Shown: positions 37,692 to 47,744 of the stretch, one piece after another | Position numbering within the stretch: the stretch's first letter is position 1 | Layout of the letters: each line of letters starts with the position of its first letter | NCBI GenBank assembly: GCA_963668025.2 | Contig: CAXXTH010000017.1 | Span: 1,472,001-1,536,000 of the forward strand | Length of the DNA: 64,000 nt | Direction: 5' to 3' | Source: Candidatus Hydrogenedentota bacterium | GTDB taxonomy: Bacteria; Hydrogenedentota; Hydrogenedentia; Hydrogenedentales; SLHB01 | Notes under the pieces: generated by a model | Told to the model about the DNA's origin: nothing | Seen by the model: the letters and a program-made list of their open reading frames with translations, nothing else | The model's database searches: none | Translations under genes and position numbers: made by a program

Positions 37692-39086
37692 ATGGATATT
37701 CTGCTTATCGCCCCGGCATCGGGGCATTGGCGGCTGGCGGATAAGGCCCGGTTGTTCAATGGCAAAACGTTTCGATTTTCCATGTTATCCTTACTGACGG
37801 TCGCCCGGCTTTCTCCGCCGGACGCCCATATCCGCATCGTGGACGAGCAAGTCGAGGAAGTGCCGCTGGACGCCCACGCGGATTTGGTGGGCATTACGTG
37901 CATGACCGCCACCGCACCACGAGCATATGAACTGGCGGCCCATTTCCAGCGCCGAGGCATTCCTGTGGTATTGGGCGGATTTCATCCCACCTTGAACACC
38001 GCCGAAGCGCTGGAACACGCGGACGCCGTGGTGGCAGGGCCCGCCTATGGGGCGTGGGAGCACGCCTTGGCCGATTGGGAAGCGGGCCAACTGGGCCGGG
38101 TATATCATGGAAACCCGGATGGCCCCTATCCGGTGCATTTGCCTCGCCATTTGCTGGCGTCCACTTCCGCCTATCTAACCGTCAACGCCACCTTCGCGAC
38201 CTTGGGGTGTGCGCGGGGATGCCGCTTCTGTTCCATCAGCGCCTTCCATCACGCCCAGCGCCGCCAGCGTCCCGTTGCCGATGTGGCGGAGGAGATCGCG
38301 GCGTTCCGGGAGCGGTTCTTTATATTCGTCGATGATGATTTGGCGCAGGACCGGCCATATGCCATGGCGTTGCTGAAGGAGCTCGCGCCGCTGCGGAAAC
38401 GCTGGGTCACGCAGGTATCCATGGACGCCGCGGAAGATCCGTCTCTGCTGGACGCCATGGCCGCCGCAGGGTGTATCGGCGTCTTTGTGGGGCTCGAGAC
38501 GTTCCAGGCCACGGCCTTGCAAGGGCAGGAAAAGTGCTATAACCAGCCCGAAACGTATGGAAAGGCCGTGGCTGCATTCCATCGCAGGGGGATGTATGTC
38601 GAGGCGGGGGTGGTATTCGGATTCGATGGAGAACACCCCACGGTTTTCCGCGAGACATTGTGTATGTTAAACGCCATCGGAATCGACGCCATCCAAGCAT
38701 CGATTCTAACGCCTCTGCCAGGCACGCCGCTCTTCGAGAGCAAAAAACACCGGATTGTGGACTGGGATTGGTCGCATTATGATTACCGCCATGCCGTTTT
38801 CGAGCCCGATGGACCCATATCGCGCCAAGAGTTGCAGGATGGCGCCGATTGGGTGATCCGGCAGTATTACCGCCCTGGGCGCATCATCCGGCGTTTATGT
38901 CGGTGGTTATGCATGCCGGGCGGCTGGCGTACATGCTGGTATCCGTTGGGACTCAATGCAGCTTATTGGGGCCGTGTCATCCGCTTCCGCATCATGGGCG
39001 GCGATCCCGCAGGCCATCTGGCAGCGCCGAGTCCCGTGACAGTTCAACCGGCGTTGAGCGTGTGTGACCACGGGAAATGTCCGTGA
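37692..39086 (+). CDS. B12-binding radical SAM protein
   Basis: GGFHPT, CARGCRFC and LTPLPGTPL motifs. Confidence 0.88.
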   Translation: MDILLIAPASGHWRLADKARLFNGKTFRFSMLSLLTVARLSPPDAHIRIVDEQVEEVPLDAHADLVGITCMTATAPRAYELAAHFQRRGIPVVLGGFHPTLNTAEALEHADAVVAGPAYGAWEHALADWEAGQLGRVYHGNPDGPYPVHLPRHLLASTSAYLTVNATFATLGCARGCRFCSISAFHHAQRRQRPVADVAEEIAAFRERFFIFVDDDLAQDRPYAMALLKELAPLRKRWVTQVSMDAAEDPSLLDAMAAAGCIGVFVGLETFQATALQGQEKCYNQPETYGKAVAAFHRRGMYVEAGVVFGFDGEHPTVFRETLCMLNAIGIDAIQASILTPLPGTPLFESKKHRIVDWDWSHYDYRHAVFEPDGPISRQELQDGADWVIRQYYRPGRIIRRLCRWLCMPGGWRTCWYPLGLNAAYWGRVIRFRIMGGDPAGHLAAPSPVTVQPALSVCDHGKCP

Positions 39087-39387
39087 TCCCAGGATAGGAG
39101 CGAAACCGGCATTGCTCGAAGCCGCTAAAAAAGGATTTGAGCATGGGAAAATGTGCGATATATATTCTTTTCTGTTACTCGTGGCATGGGCGTCCCGCCC
39201 ATACCATGAGAGTTGTTCTTCAATCAAATGGTTAGAACAATGACGACGCCATAGTGGCAATCATTGTTTTGATTACTCGGTATTTTCATGCACGGGCAAG
39301 AATAACATCCCCATTATCCGATGAATAGGAATTGCGCTGTTTCCATTTTGTTTGTATGCTCCTGCCATTGGTTTTAAGGAGGCGGGG

Positions 39388-40968
39388 ATGGCGCTAGAGG
39401 CACCGAACAAAAAACGTTGGGGATTGTGGGGTTGCGCCGGGCTGTTTCTGCTCTTCGCCTGGCCGGTCCATTACGTCCCCTTTAATTATCCCGCCGACGA
39501 TTCTTTTTTCTATCTTCAAGTGGCCCGGAATATCGCGGCCGGGCACGGCAGCACGTTCAACGAAATTACACGCACCAATGGGTATCACCCGTTGTGGATG
39601 CTGTGCTGCATCACGGCGACGGTGTTGAGTGGCGGGCATCGGGAATGGACGATTCACGTGGTTTTTCTGTTCCAGCAAGCTTGCGCGGCGGGCATTCTGC
39701 TGCTGGCGGCGGGGACGTTGCGCCGCATGGGCGTCCAGCGGGTTTTGCCCGCGCTGGCGGTGCTGTCGGCCTATTTTTTGTCTGGGATGTACGCCTCCGA
39801 GGCGCATATCAATGGGCTTCTGGTGGTGCTGCTGGCCTATGGGGCTGCATTTGTTTTCGTGGGCGGCGCGTCCCGCGTGCGGCTTTGGCTATTCGGGCTG
39901 GCGGGGAGCCTTGCGTTTTTGGCGCGGCTCGATAACGTTTTCTTGGTGGGAGTGGCGTTGCTGGCCGCATGGGCGGCGCAAGGGCGTAGAAACATGCGGG
40001 CATGGCTTCTAGATGGCCTTGCGCTGGCGGGGCCTTGCGCTGGGCTGGCGCTGGCGTATTTAGCGTATAACCTGTGGGCCTTTGGCCATGCCGCGCCGAT
40101 CAGCGGAGCCATCAAAAGTACATTTCCACATATGACGTGGAATCCCACCGGACTGGGCTTTCTGGGCGCTGTCACGTGTTTGGCCGCGCTGGCAAGCCTT
40201 GCGGCGGCAGGGGCTGGGCTGTGCATGGGTATCCAGCGTCGCGTGCTGGCGGCGTTGTCGCTGGGCGTGTTGTTGCATGCGGCGTACACCGTGGCCTTCA
40301 CGGACCATGCGACTAATTGGACGTGGTATTACGTACCGGGGGTGATTCAATTGGCCCTGGCGTTCTCCATATACGGGGAAGCATTGGGCGCCAGGAAAGG
40401 GCGGGCGTTTTGGGCATGCTTGGCGGCTTGTGCGGTGTTGATGCTGGCCGTGGGGCTCGAACGCACTTGGATGCGCGCCATCAGCCCCAACACTCTGGGT
40501 TTCACTAGCCTGGGCTTTTCCCTCCATGCAGAGAGGAAGCAATTGTGGAAAAATGAACTGGCGGAATGGATTCAAGCGAATTTGCCGCCGGGCAGCCGCA
40601 TGGCGGTGTACGATTCACCGGCGGTGATCGCTTACCGGACCGATGTGCAAATCCTTCCGACGGACGGCCTCATGGGCGATTACGCCTATAATGACGATAT
40701 TCTCGAATCCGGTTTTGCCGCGTATATGAAACAAAAAGGCGTCACCTATTGGATGGGGCCAGATTTGGACGATGGAGCGGCGTTTGCAGGTTTATGCTGT
40801 CGCTTCACCGGCTTGCCGAATGCCATCGAAATCGAGGTGGTGACGCCGCTTGATGGGAAAAGTGCGGGCCTGTTTCATGTGTCCCGCCAGGCCCGGCTTG
40901 CGAATCTGCGGGAGGTTCTCACGCATTCCTATCCGCCCAATTGGGGAATCTGGCGGCTGCAAGATTGA
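39388..40968 (+). CDS. Polytopic membrane protein, GT-C glycosyltransferase-like
   Basis: DDSFFYLQVARNIAAGHG..TNGYHPLW, ARLD, about 12 TM segments, soluble C-terminal domain. Confidence 0.65.
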   Translation: MALEAPNKKRWGLWGCAGLFLLFAWPVHYVPFNYPADDSFFYLQVARNIAAGHGSTFNEITRTNGYHPLWMLCCITATVLSGGHREWTIHVVFLFQQACAAGILLLAAGTLRRMGVQRVLPALAVLSAYFLSGMYASEAHINGLLVVLLAYGAAFVFVGGASRVRLWLFGLAGSLAFLARLDNVFLVGVALLAAWAAQGRRNMRAWLLDGLALAGPCAGLALAYLAYNLWAFGHAAPISGAIKSTFPHMTWNPTGLGFLGAVTCLAALASLAAAGAGLCMGIQRRVLAALSLGVLLHAAYTVAFTDHATNWTWYYVPGVIQLALAFSIYGEALGARKGRAFWACLAACAVLMLAVGLERTWMRAISPNTLGFTSLGFSLHAERKQLWKNELAEWIQANLPPGSRMAVYDSPAVIAYRTDVQILPTDGLMGDYAYNDDILESGFAAYMKQKGVTYWMGPDLDDGAAFAGLCCRFTGLPNAIEIEVVTPLDGKSAGLFHVSRQARLANLREVLTHSYPPNWGIWRLQD

Positions 40969-41064
40969 GTAGGTGCAGCATTGTCCATATTCATGTTTGT
41001 ATGTATACGTTTTTGCATGCTTTCATTGCGAGGACTGTTTTCAACTCAAAGTGAGGAAATTGAT

Positions 41065-42477
41065 ATGCCTAAGAAAGAAGTGGATCTCGTTGCCAAGATT
41101 TATACACTCAAAGTGGTTCTCGCTGAATCAGAGCCGGTTATCTGGCGGCGGCTTCAAATACCGGGCCAAGCGACATTGAGGGGTTTACATCTAGCTTTGC
41201 AGATCAGCATGGGCTGGACTGAAAGCCATATGCATGATTTCCGCATTGGAAATGAATGCTATACGTCTATTCAAAATGATGGATTCGCACAGGACCAGGA
41301 GAAAGATGAGCGCCAGTTCAGATTGTTTGATGTTCTTAAGCATAAAGGAGCTCGTTTTTATTATACCTATGATTTTGGCGATGACTGGGCTCACGAGATC
41401 GTCGTGGAAGATATAAGCGATTGGAAACCAGGCGTCCAGTATCCTCGGTGCATTGATGGCGAGCGCCAATGCCCGCCAGAGGATTGTGGCGGTATAGGCG
41501 GTTATTACAACATACTGGAGATACTGCAGAATCCTTCGGATAGCGAATATGAAATGTATAAAGAATGGTTTCCATCTGGCTTTGTGCCGGAGCACTTCGA
41601 TGTGGCGCAAGTAAACCGGGTATTCGACAGGTTCGGAGAATTGTGCTTGGCGGCGGAAAGCGAGGGCGATTTTACTGAACCGGACGAAGAATGGAAAAGC
41701 ATGGGCTACGAGGAGCCGGTATGCCGCTTGCTCACGCTGGGCTATCCAAATCAACCAATGGATTACACCATTTTTGGCATTGGGGCCGAGCACATTCCTG
41801 GCCTGATCAGAATGGTCCAAGATATGGAATTGCATCATGCGGAACAGGAGAGCCCCTTGGTTTGGGCCCCTGTTCATGCATGGCGAGTGCTTGCCCAATT
41901 GCGGGCGGTGGAAGCCATAGAGCCATTGGCGGGACTGTTGCGCCTTGTCGATGATGAAAGTGATGATTGGGCAAGCAGTGAGCTCCCGGATGTTTTTGGT
42001 GAAATAGGCCCTGAAGCAATACCTGTGTTGTCCGCTTATATGCGGGACGCATTAAACGGGCTTTTCGCCCGGTGTTCCGCTATTACGAGTATTAGCTCCA
42101 TCGCTCAAAGACACCCGGAAACCCGGGATGTGTGCGTAGCGGAGCTTACTGAAAACCTAGACCGTTTCGCTGAACACGACGCCACTTTAAATGCCATTTT
42201 GATTTTAGAATTGGTCAATCTTGATGCTGCGGAATCCGCGCCTGTCATGGAGCGCGCATTTGCCGCGGACGCGGTGGACGAGTGCATTTTAGGCGATTGG
42301 GAAGACGTGCGGATTGAGCTTGGCCTGCTACAAGAGCGAATCACTAAAAAGCCAAGAAGATACGGGTTTGCCCATTCCACTAACGCGGCCTTAACGCCTC
42401 CAGGCAAGAAACAACAGAAAGATAAGAAGAAACGGAAAAACCAGGAAAAATCCAGACGAAAAAACCGCAAAAAGTAA
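41065..42477 (+). CDS. pRiA4b ORF-3-like domain fused to a DUF1186-like helical domain with a basic tail
   Basis: IWRR..LH..MGW..H.H.F, YDFGDDW.H, CPPEDCGG; WAPVHAWR.LAQL; KKKRK..KSRRKNRKK. Confidence 0.8.
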   Translation: MPKKEVDLVAKIYTLKVVLAESEPVIWRRLQIPGQATLRGLHLALQISMGWTESHMHDFRIGNECYTSIQNDGFAQDQEKDERQFRLFDVLKHKGARFYYTYDFGDDWAHEIVVEDISDWKPGVQYPRCIDGERQCPPEDCGGIGGYYNILEILQNPSDSEYEMYKEWFPSGFVPEHFDVAQVNRVFDRFGELCLAAESEGDFTEPDEEWKSMGYEEPVCRLLTLGYPNQPMDYTIFGIGAEHIPGLIRMVQDMELHHAEQESPLVWAPVHAWRVLAQLRAVEAIEPLAGLLRLVDDESDDWASSELPDVFGEIGPEAIPVLSAYMRDALNGLFARCSAITSISSIAQRHPETRDVCVAELTENLDRFAEHDATLNAILILELVNLDAAESAPVMERAFAADAVDECILGDWEDVRIELGLLQERITKKPRRYGFAHSTNAALTPPGKKQQKDKKKRKNQEKSRRKNRKK

Positions 42478-42483
42478 TTATTC

Positions 42484-42671
42484 GTAACACGTTAGCCGAC
42501 TGAAGTAGCATCTGATATTTGGCCGCCTTGTTTATTATTTTGCGCCGGTATTGATACATCATTTTGCGTCTGACGACCGACGAGGGCGTCGGTCCCACAC
42601 TTTTTAAAGTAATCCCAGTGTGGGACCGGCGCCCTAGCCGGTCATTCTTCACCACTTAGACAAAGTGGTAC
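42484..42671. mobile_element. 188-bp MITE with IS66-type ends, copy 2 (degenerate)
   Basis: GTAACACGTTAGCCGACTGAAG...AGACAAAGTGGTAC; collinear with copy 1. Confidence 0.8.
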
Positions 42672-42846
42672 AAAAAATCTTGTAATATATTTCACGCGAA
42701 GCCGCAAAGAATATTATGCGCGCCTGTTTCAAAATCGATCGCATACTGTTCCATATTAAGATCTAGTTCCTGCCCCCAAGTAAAGCGTTCCATGCGGTTT
42801 GCTTATAACTCTTTTTATATCAGCAATTTGTGCGGATTAACTATTC

Positions 42847-42862
42847 TGGCACGGGCTATGCT
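42847..42862 (+). promoter_or_regulatory. Putative sigma54 (-24/-12) promoter of the hsp20 pair
   Basis: TGGCACGGGCTATGCT with GG-N10-GC spacing. Confidence 0.6.
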
Positions 42863-42941
42863 TTTCTCATGGCATGAGTCGATTTTATGGAAACACGGCG
42901 TGTTTGGCGCGCCAGGAAGATGAATGAAGGAGGTTGGAAAC

Positions 42942-43409
42942 ATGATGACTTCAACATGGAATCCGTTCCGGGAATTGGATGCGTTGCGGCGTGAAGTCGA
43001 GCGTGCGTTCGAGAGTTTCGGCGTGGCTGCTCCTCGAGGGCGGTTCCGCACGGCGTTCCTGCCGGGCTTGGCGGCCCGGGCCTATCCGCTGCTCAACATG
43101 AGTGAAGACGCGGAAAACATCTACGTGGACGCCCTTGCGCCGGGGCTTGAACCGGAGAAGCTCGAAGTATCGGTGGTGCGCAATACGTTGCGCATCGCGG
43201 GTGAGAAACAGGCGCTTTCAGGCGACATCAAGGCTGAAGCGTTCCACCGCAATGAGCGCAGTGCGGGCGCATTCGTGCGGACCATTGAACTGCCCACGGA
43301 TGTAGACGCCGGGAAAGTGGCGGCGGATTACAAGAATGGCCTGTTATCCATTCGCCTGCCCAAGGCTGAACAAGCGAAACCGAAACAAATCAGCGTGAAG
43401 GTGAATTAA
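42942..43409 (+). CDS. Hsp20/alpha-crystallin small heat-shock protein
   Basis: WNPFREL, YP..N..ED, ER..G.F.R.I.LP and YKNGLL.I.LPK motifs. Confidence 0.93.
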   Translation: MMTSTWNPFRELDALRREVERAFESFGVAAPRGRFRTAFLPGLAARAYPLLNMSEDAENIYVDALAPGLEPEKLEVSVVRNTLRIAGEKQALSGDIKAEAFHRNERSAGAFVRTIELPTDVDAGKVAADYKNGLLSIRLPKAEQAKPKQISVKVN

Positions 43410-43443
43410 CAGCGGCCCAAGCGGCCCTTCTTCTAGGAGGTGT

Positions 43444-43836
43444 ATGGACATGAAAGAGACAACGGTTCCCGTAAAGCAAGAGCAGCAAGTGCCCGATACC
43501 CGTGAAGAAACGCGCACAGTGCTTCCTCCCGTGGACATATTCGAGATAAATGACGTGCTTGCGGTGGTGGCGGATCTGCCTGGCGTCGAGAAAGACGGCG
43601 TCGAACTGCGGATCGAGGATGATGTGCTCACTATCAAGGGCACGCCCAAGGCGGCCGTGGCGGGTGAAGCGCTCTACAGTGAATTCGAGCTGGCCCCCTA
43701 TTTCCGGCAGTTCCAACTGGGCGAGCAAGTGGATCGCGATAAGATCCAGGCAGAGATGAAACATGGCGTCTTGACCATCCGGCTGCCAAAAGTGGAGCAA
43801 GCCAAGCCCAAACGTATCGAGGTCAAGGTCGGGTAA
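43444..43836 (+). CDS. Hsp20/alpha-crystallin small heat-shock protein
   Basis: PPVDIFE..ADLPGV, FRQFQL and GVLTIRLPK motifs. Confidence 0.93.
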   Translation: MDMKETTVPVKQEQQVPDTREETRTVLPPVDIFEINDVLAVVADLPGVEKDGVELRIEDDVLTIKGTPKAAVAGEALYSEFELAPYFRQFQLGEQVDRDKIQAEMKHGVLTIRLPKVEQAKPKRIEVKVG

Positions 43837-43856
43837 CGAGAAACCATCGGAGTGAT

Positions 43857-43890
43857 AAAAGCCCCTTCAGCAATGGAGGAGCTTTTTTTT
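43857..43890 (+). terminator. Rho-independent terminator
   Basis: AAAAGCCCCTTCA-GCAA-TGGAGGAGC followed by a T run. Confidence 0.7.
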
Positions 43891-44068
43891 ATGAATCGCC
43901 GGTTAAGCGGAGATAGGTATGCACTTCTCGTGGTATGGCCGTCCCGGCCAGGCGCATGGGCGGGACGCCCATGCTACGGGATCTCACCAAATAGATGATG
44001 GGGATTATGACGGCGCTAAGGAACTTCCTAGGAATTCAGGATATTCTTGTATATATAAAACTCAAACC

Positions 44069-45718
44069 ATGTGGAGGGGAATGCGCATGTGTCGACGGCA
44101 GTTGCTTCTGGGCGGATTCATGATGCAGGCGTTCAGTATCTGCGTTGCGCAGGCATTGCCCCCGGGGTTCGTGGAAGGGGATGTGGTGAGTCATTCCTAT
44201 GTGACCAACCATTCATGGACGTGCGAGGAAGGGATGGACATTTGCCCTTATCTAGTGGAATATGGCCACATCGCTTCGTGCCTGCGCTTATTCAACGATG
44301 TGGCGTACCGGCAATTCGCCGCGCTCAACCCAGTGGAAGACAAGTCAGGCGAAGTCGAACTGGGTATTTCGTCGGATGGACGGTTTTTCACAACAAATGG
44401 CCAGCCCGTTTTTTTACAGGGCATGAGCTATTACGGCGCACTAGGCATCGAGAATCCACAGGAACTTGAGGATGACCTCAAGGATATGGCCGCCGATGGC
44501 TTCAACTGGATTCGCGTCTGGGCGTATTGGCGTTTCCCCAATGAGGGAGGTGAGGATGTATCCGCCCTGACGCACGATGGCCAAGTGCGTGAGCCGTATA
44601 TGCATCGCCTGAAAGCGCTTCTTACGGCATGCAACAAGCGCGGGATGATTGTCGATGTCACGATTCCATTCCATGCAGAAGGTGAAGCGCCTGGTCCGCG
44701 CACGCACGCCGGGCATCTGGCGTCGGTCCGCGCCTTGGCTACAGCACTCGCGCCGTGGCGCAATGCTTATTTTGATATCGCCAATGAGCGGGATGTCCGG
44801 GACGAACGGTATGTGAGCCTCGAGGATATTGGACGCCTGATGGGTGCGATTAAAGTGATTGATTCCCGCCGCGTAGGCACGGCATCGGGATATCCTGGAT
44901 CACGCGAGGAACTGGCGGATTATCTGCGTATCGGCAAGGTGGATTTTATCGCGCCGCACCTGGGGCGAGGCGAAGGAAGCGCCGCCAAGACATATGGCGA
45001 AGTGCGCCAGTTGATTGGCTGGATGGAGGAGCTCGGTTGCCGGGTTCCTATTCACTTGCAAGAACCCTTCCGGCGGGGCTATGCGCAATACGAGCCCACG
45101 GTGGATGATTTTATCCGGGATTGCAGCGGGGCGAAACTCGCGGAAGCCGCTGGCTGGTGTCTTCATAATGGGGCCGATGGGAACACCGATGATCGCCGCC
45201 CATGGCGCAGTTTCAACATGAGTAAAGAACGGCTATATCCGCAACTAGACGGCGTGGAACGGATAGCTGCGAAGAGCATCACGGACGCCATTTCGGGTGT
45301 TGGCTTCGAACAGCGCCGTTATCAGGCAGAGTATCCCGAGCAATTGCCCCATGTGATCGGCGAGCGGGCCGATGGCGGTTGGACCGTTGAAAGTGGTGAA
45401 GGTTTTATGAATTATGGGCCTTACATCCAAACGCTTCCCGCTGGAAATCATCTGGCCCGGTGGCGCTTGAAACTGGATGGAAAGGCCGCCTCGAGTGATA
45501 GGGCTTTTACGATTGACGTGGCCAAGAATGCGGGCAAAACCGTGCTGGCTTCCCGGTCCATCCGGCCCCAGGATTTCGAATCGGCTGGCCGCTGGGTGGA
45601 GTTCGAGCTTCCTTTCACCAGTGAGCGGGGCGATGCGCTGGAATTTTGGACCTATTGGCATGGAGCGGGCGCGGGCAGCATGGACTGGATCTCCGTGGAA
45701 ATACAGCATGCGCCTTAA
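44069..45718 (+). CDS. Secreted clan GH-A-like glycoside hydrolase with a C-terminal carbohydrate-binding-like domain
   Basis: GFNWIRVW, DIANE (acid/base) and HLQEP (nucleophile); start uncertain. Confidence 0.65.
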   Translation: MWRGMRMCRRQLLLGGFMMQAFSICVAQALPPGFVEGDVVSHSYVTNHSWTCEEGMDICPYLVEYGHIASCLRLFNDVAYRQFAALNPVEDKSGEVELGISSDGRFFTTNGQPVFLQGMSYYGALGIENPQELEDDLKDMAADGFNWIRVWAYWRFPNEGGEDVSALTHDGQVREPYMHRLKALLTACNKRGMIVDVTIPFHAEGEAPGPRTHAGHLASVRALATALAPWRNAYFDIANERDVRDERYVSLEDIGRLMGAIKVIDSRRVGTASGYPGSREELADYLRIGKVDFIAPHLGRGEGSAAKTYGEVRQLIGWMEELGCRVPIHLQEPFRRGYAQYEPTVDDFIRDCSGAKLAEAAGWCLHNGADGNTDDRRPWRSFNMSKERLYPQLDGVERIAAKSITDAISGVGFEQRRYQAEYPEQLPHVIGERADGGWTVESGEGFMNYGPYIQTLPAGNHLARWRLKLDGKAASSDRAFTIDVAKNAGKTVLASRSIRPQDFESAGRWVEFELPFTSERGDALEFWTYWHGAGAGSMDWISVEIQHAP

Positions 45719-45958
45719 TAGGCATGAGTGTATACAGTTTTTTTCCCCGCGGATGATGCGGGTAAGCGCGGAGGAAAAGGGACAAGACAGATTCATTTCG
45801 CAGTTTAACTGCTTGCTCATACATTTTTGCTAAGCTTATCTGTGAATGGATTGAAGAAATGCCTTCAAAGATATCATGCAATATTGAATGAAGAATCAAG
45901 AGCGGGCGCTGTTATATAGTTTCGCTTGGTGGTAGGATTGCTAAAATGACGGTATGGC

Positions 45959-47560
45959 TTGGGATTACGCCCAGTGCTGGCGGCGAGGAGATTAATGGTG
46001 AGCAAGAAAAAGCATATTGATTGGATACGGCGTGTTCTTTGTGCAGTTTTAGCTGCTGGCTGCGTGCTGGCATTTATACCCGAAGGGACGGCATGGGCGC
46101 AGCCGGCTTCCCCGTCTGCAGGGACTGCATGCGCTGATTCCTGTAACGCGGCTTGCCCCGCGCCTTCCGCGAAGCACATCATTTTGTTTATTAGCGACGG
46201 CGTGCAGCTCGAATCTGAGATTGCCGCGAGCCGGTATTTATATGGCGCGGACCGGGCATTGTCCTATCATCGGTTCACGACGCAGACTTTTGTGTCCACA
46301 TGGGATGTGACATCGTATAACCGCTATGCATCCTGGATGAAGATGCAGCCATATGATCCAGCGAGTTTCGAGCCTTATGTCGGGTATAAGCCCGAGTTGG
46401 GAGGCTCGGCCCCATATCCCCTGCAAGATAATACGCTGGATTCCTACTTTCTCAATCCGATAGACGGCAAAACGCCCGCCACGGATTCGGCCTCATCGGC
46501 GACGGCCATGGCGACGGGACATAAGACAGACGACGGCAATATTGATTGGGTATTTGGTGATCCGTCGGATGGCGCGCTGGAGAATATCGGCGAACTCATG
46601 CGACGAGAAAAAGGCGCGGTATTCGCCACGACGAGCACGGTCCCGTTTGATCATGCCACTCCGGCTGCATTTGGCGCGCATGGCGCGGATCGGGGCTCTT
46701 ATACGGAATTAGGCGATGACATGCTGCTCAAGGTGCAGCCGGATGTGGTGATTGGCGGCGGGAATCCTCATTTCTTGCCGAAAGCGCCGGATTACCAATA
46801 CATTAAGCAAGAGACCTACGATTCCATTAAGTCCGGTGCGACCTCATATGTGATGGCGGAGCGCACGGCCGGTAAAAAGGGCGAGGATATACTGAAGGCG
46901 GCCTTCAGCAAGGCTAAGTCTAGGAAGAAAAAAGTGTTCGGCCTTTTCGGAGGCGCGGGCAGCAATTTCGAGTATCCGGTTGCAGATGGGGCGGGCGTGG
47001 TGCGGCGTGGTTCGGAGGAGAATCCGCTGCTGAAGGATGTGGCCGCGCAGACGCTTGACTACCTGCGGGCGCGTGAGCAAGGCCATGGTTTTTTTGCGCT
47101 GTTCGAGCAAGGCGATACGGATTGGGCGAACCACTCCAATGATTTCGCGCATCTGATCGGCTCGATGTGGGATTTTGACGAAGCAGTGCAAGCTGCTGTG
47201 GCGTTTGTGGACGAGCCGGGCGATGGCATCGACTGGACGAATACGCTGCTGATCGTCACGGCGGACCATGCGAACAGTTATTTGCGGTTGTTGAAGCCTC
47301 TTGGAAAAGGCGGGCTCCCGGAGCAGGTGTCCTCGGAAACGCCAGAGAACGCGACGGGAAAATTCTCGTATCCCGATGGAAGCGTGCGCTATAAAACGGG
47401 CGGGCATACGAACGAGCTGGTGACGCTCTACGCGAAAGGCGACGCGGCGGCGTTGTTCCATCGCTATGAGGGCGCGTGGTATCCTGGCACGAAGATCATC
47501 GACAACACCCAGATTTTCCAAGTCATGGCGCAGGCGGCCCAAGTAGGCCACATTCGTTAG
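45959..47560 (+). CDS. Alkaline phosphatase
   Basis: IILFISDG, TDSASSATA, HATPAAF, DWANH, TADH and HTNE motifs. Confidence 0.9.
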   Translation: MGLRPVLAARRLMVSKKKHIDWIRRVLCAVLAAGCVLAFIPEGTAWAQPASPSAGTACADSCNAACPAPSAKHIILFISDGVQLESEIAASRYLYGADRALSYHRFTTQTFVSTWDVTSYNRYASWMKMQPYDPASFEPYVGYKPELGGSAPYPLQDNTLDSYFLNPIDGKTPATDSASSATAMATGHKTDDGNIDWVFGDPSDGALENIGELMRREKGAVFATTSTVPFDHATPAAFGAHGADRGSYTELGDDMLLKVQPDVVIGGGNPHFLPKAPDYQYIKQETYDSIKSGATSYVMAERTAGKKGEDILKAAFSKAKSRKKKVFGLFGGAGSNFEYPVADGAGVVRRGSEENPLLKDVAAQTLDYLRAREQGHGFFALFEQGDTDWANHSNDFAHLIGSMWDFDEAVQAAVAFVDEPGDGIDWTNTLLIVTADHANSYLRLLKPLGKGGLPEQVSSETPENATGKFSYPDGSVRYKTGGHTNELVTLYAKGDAAALFHRYEGAWYPGTKIIDNTQIFQVMAQAAQVGHIR

Positions 47561-47575
47561 TCGCTAGGGTATCAG

Positions 47576-47618
47576 CGCCATCTCCGCAAGGACGCTTCCA
47601 CGCGGAGATGGCGTTTTT
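47576..47618 (+). terminator. Rho-independent terminator
   Basis: CGCCATCTCCGC...GCGGAGATGGCG-TTTTT. Confidence 0.7.
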
Positions 47619-47744
47619 CTAGACTGTGAATGAATACCAATAAACGCCAATAGTAAAAAGTCCTTTTATGACATTTTCGGGTAATGCGCTTGGCGTGGTT
47701 GGGAAAGGCCAAAGCTTGAGGTGTCTAGGGAGAATGTGTCTGCC

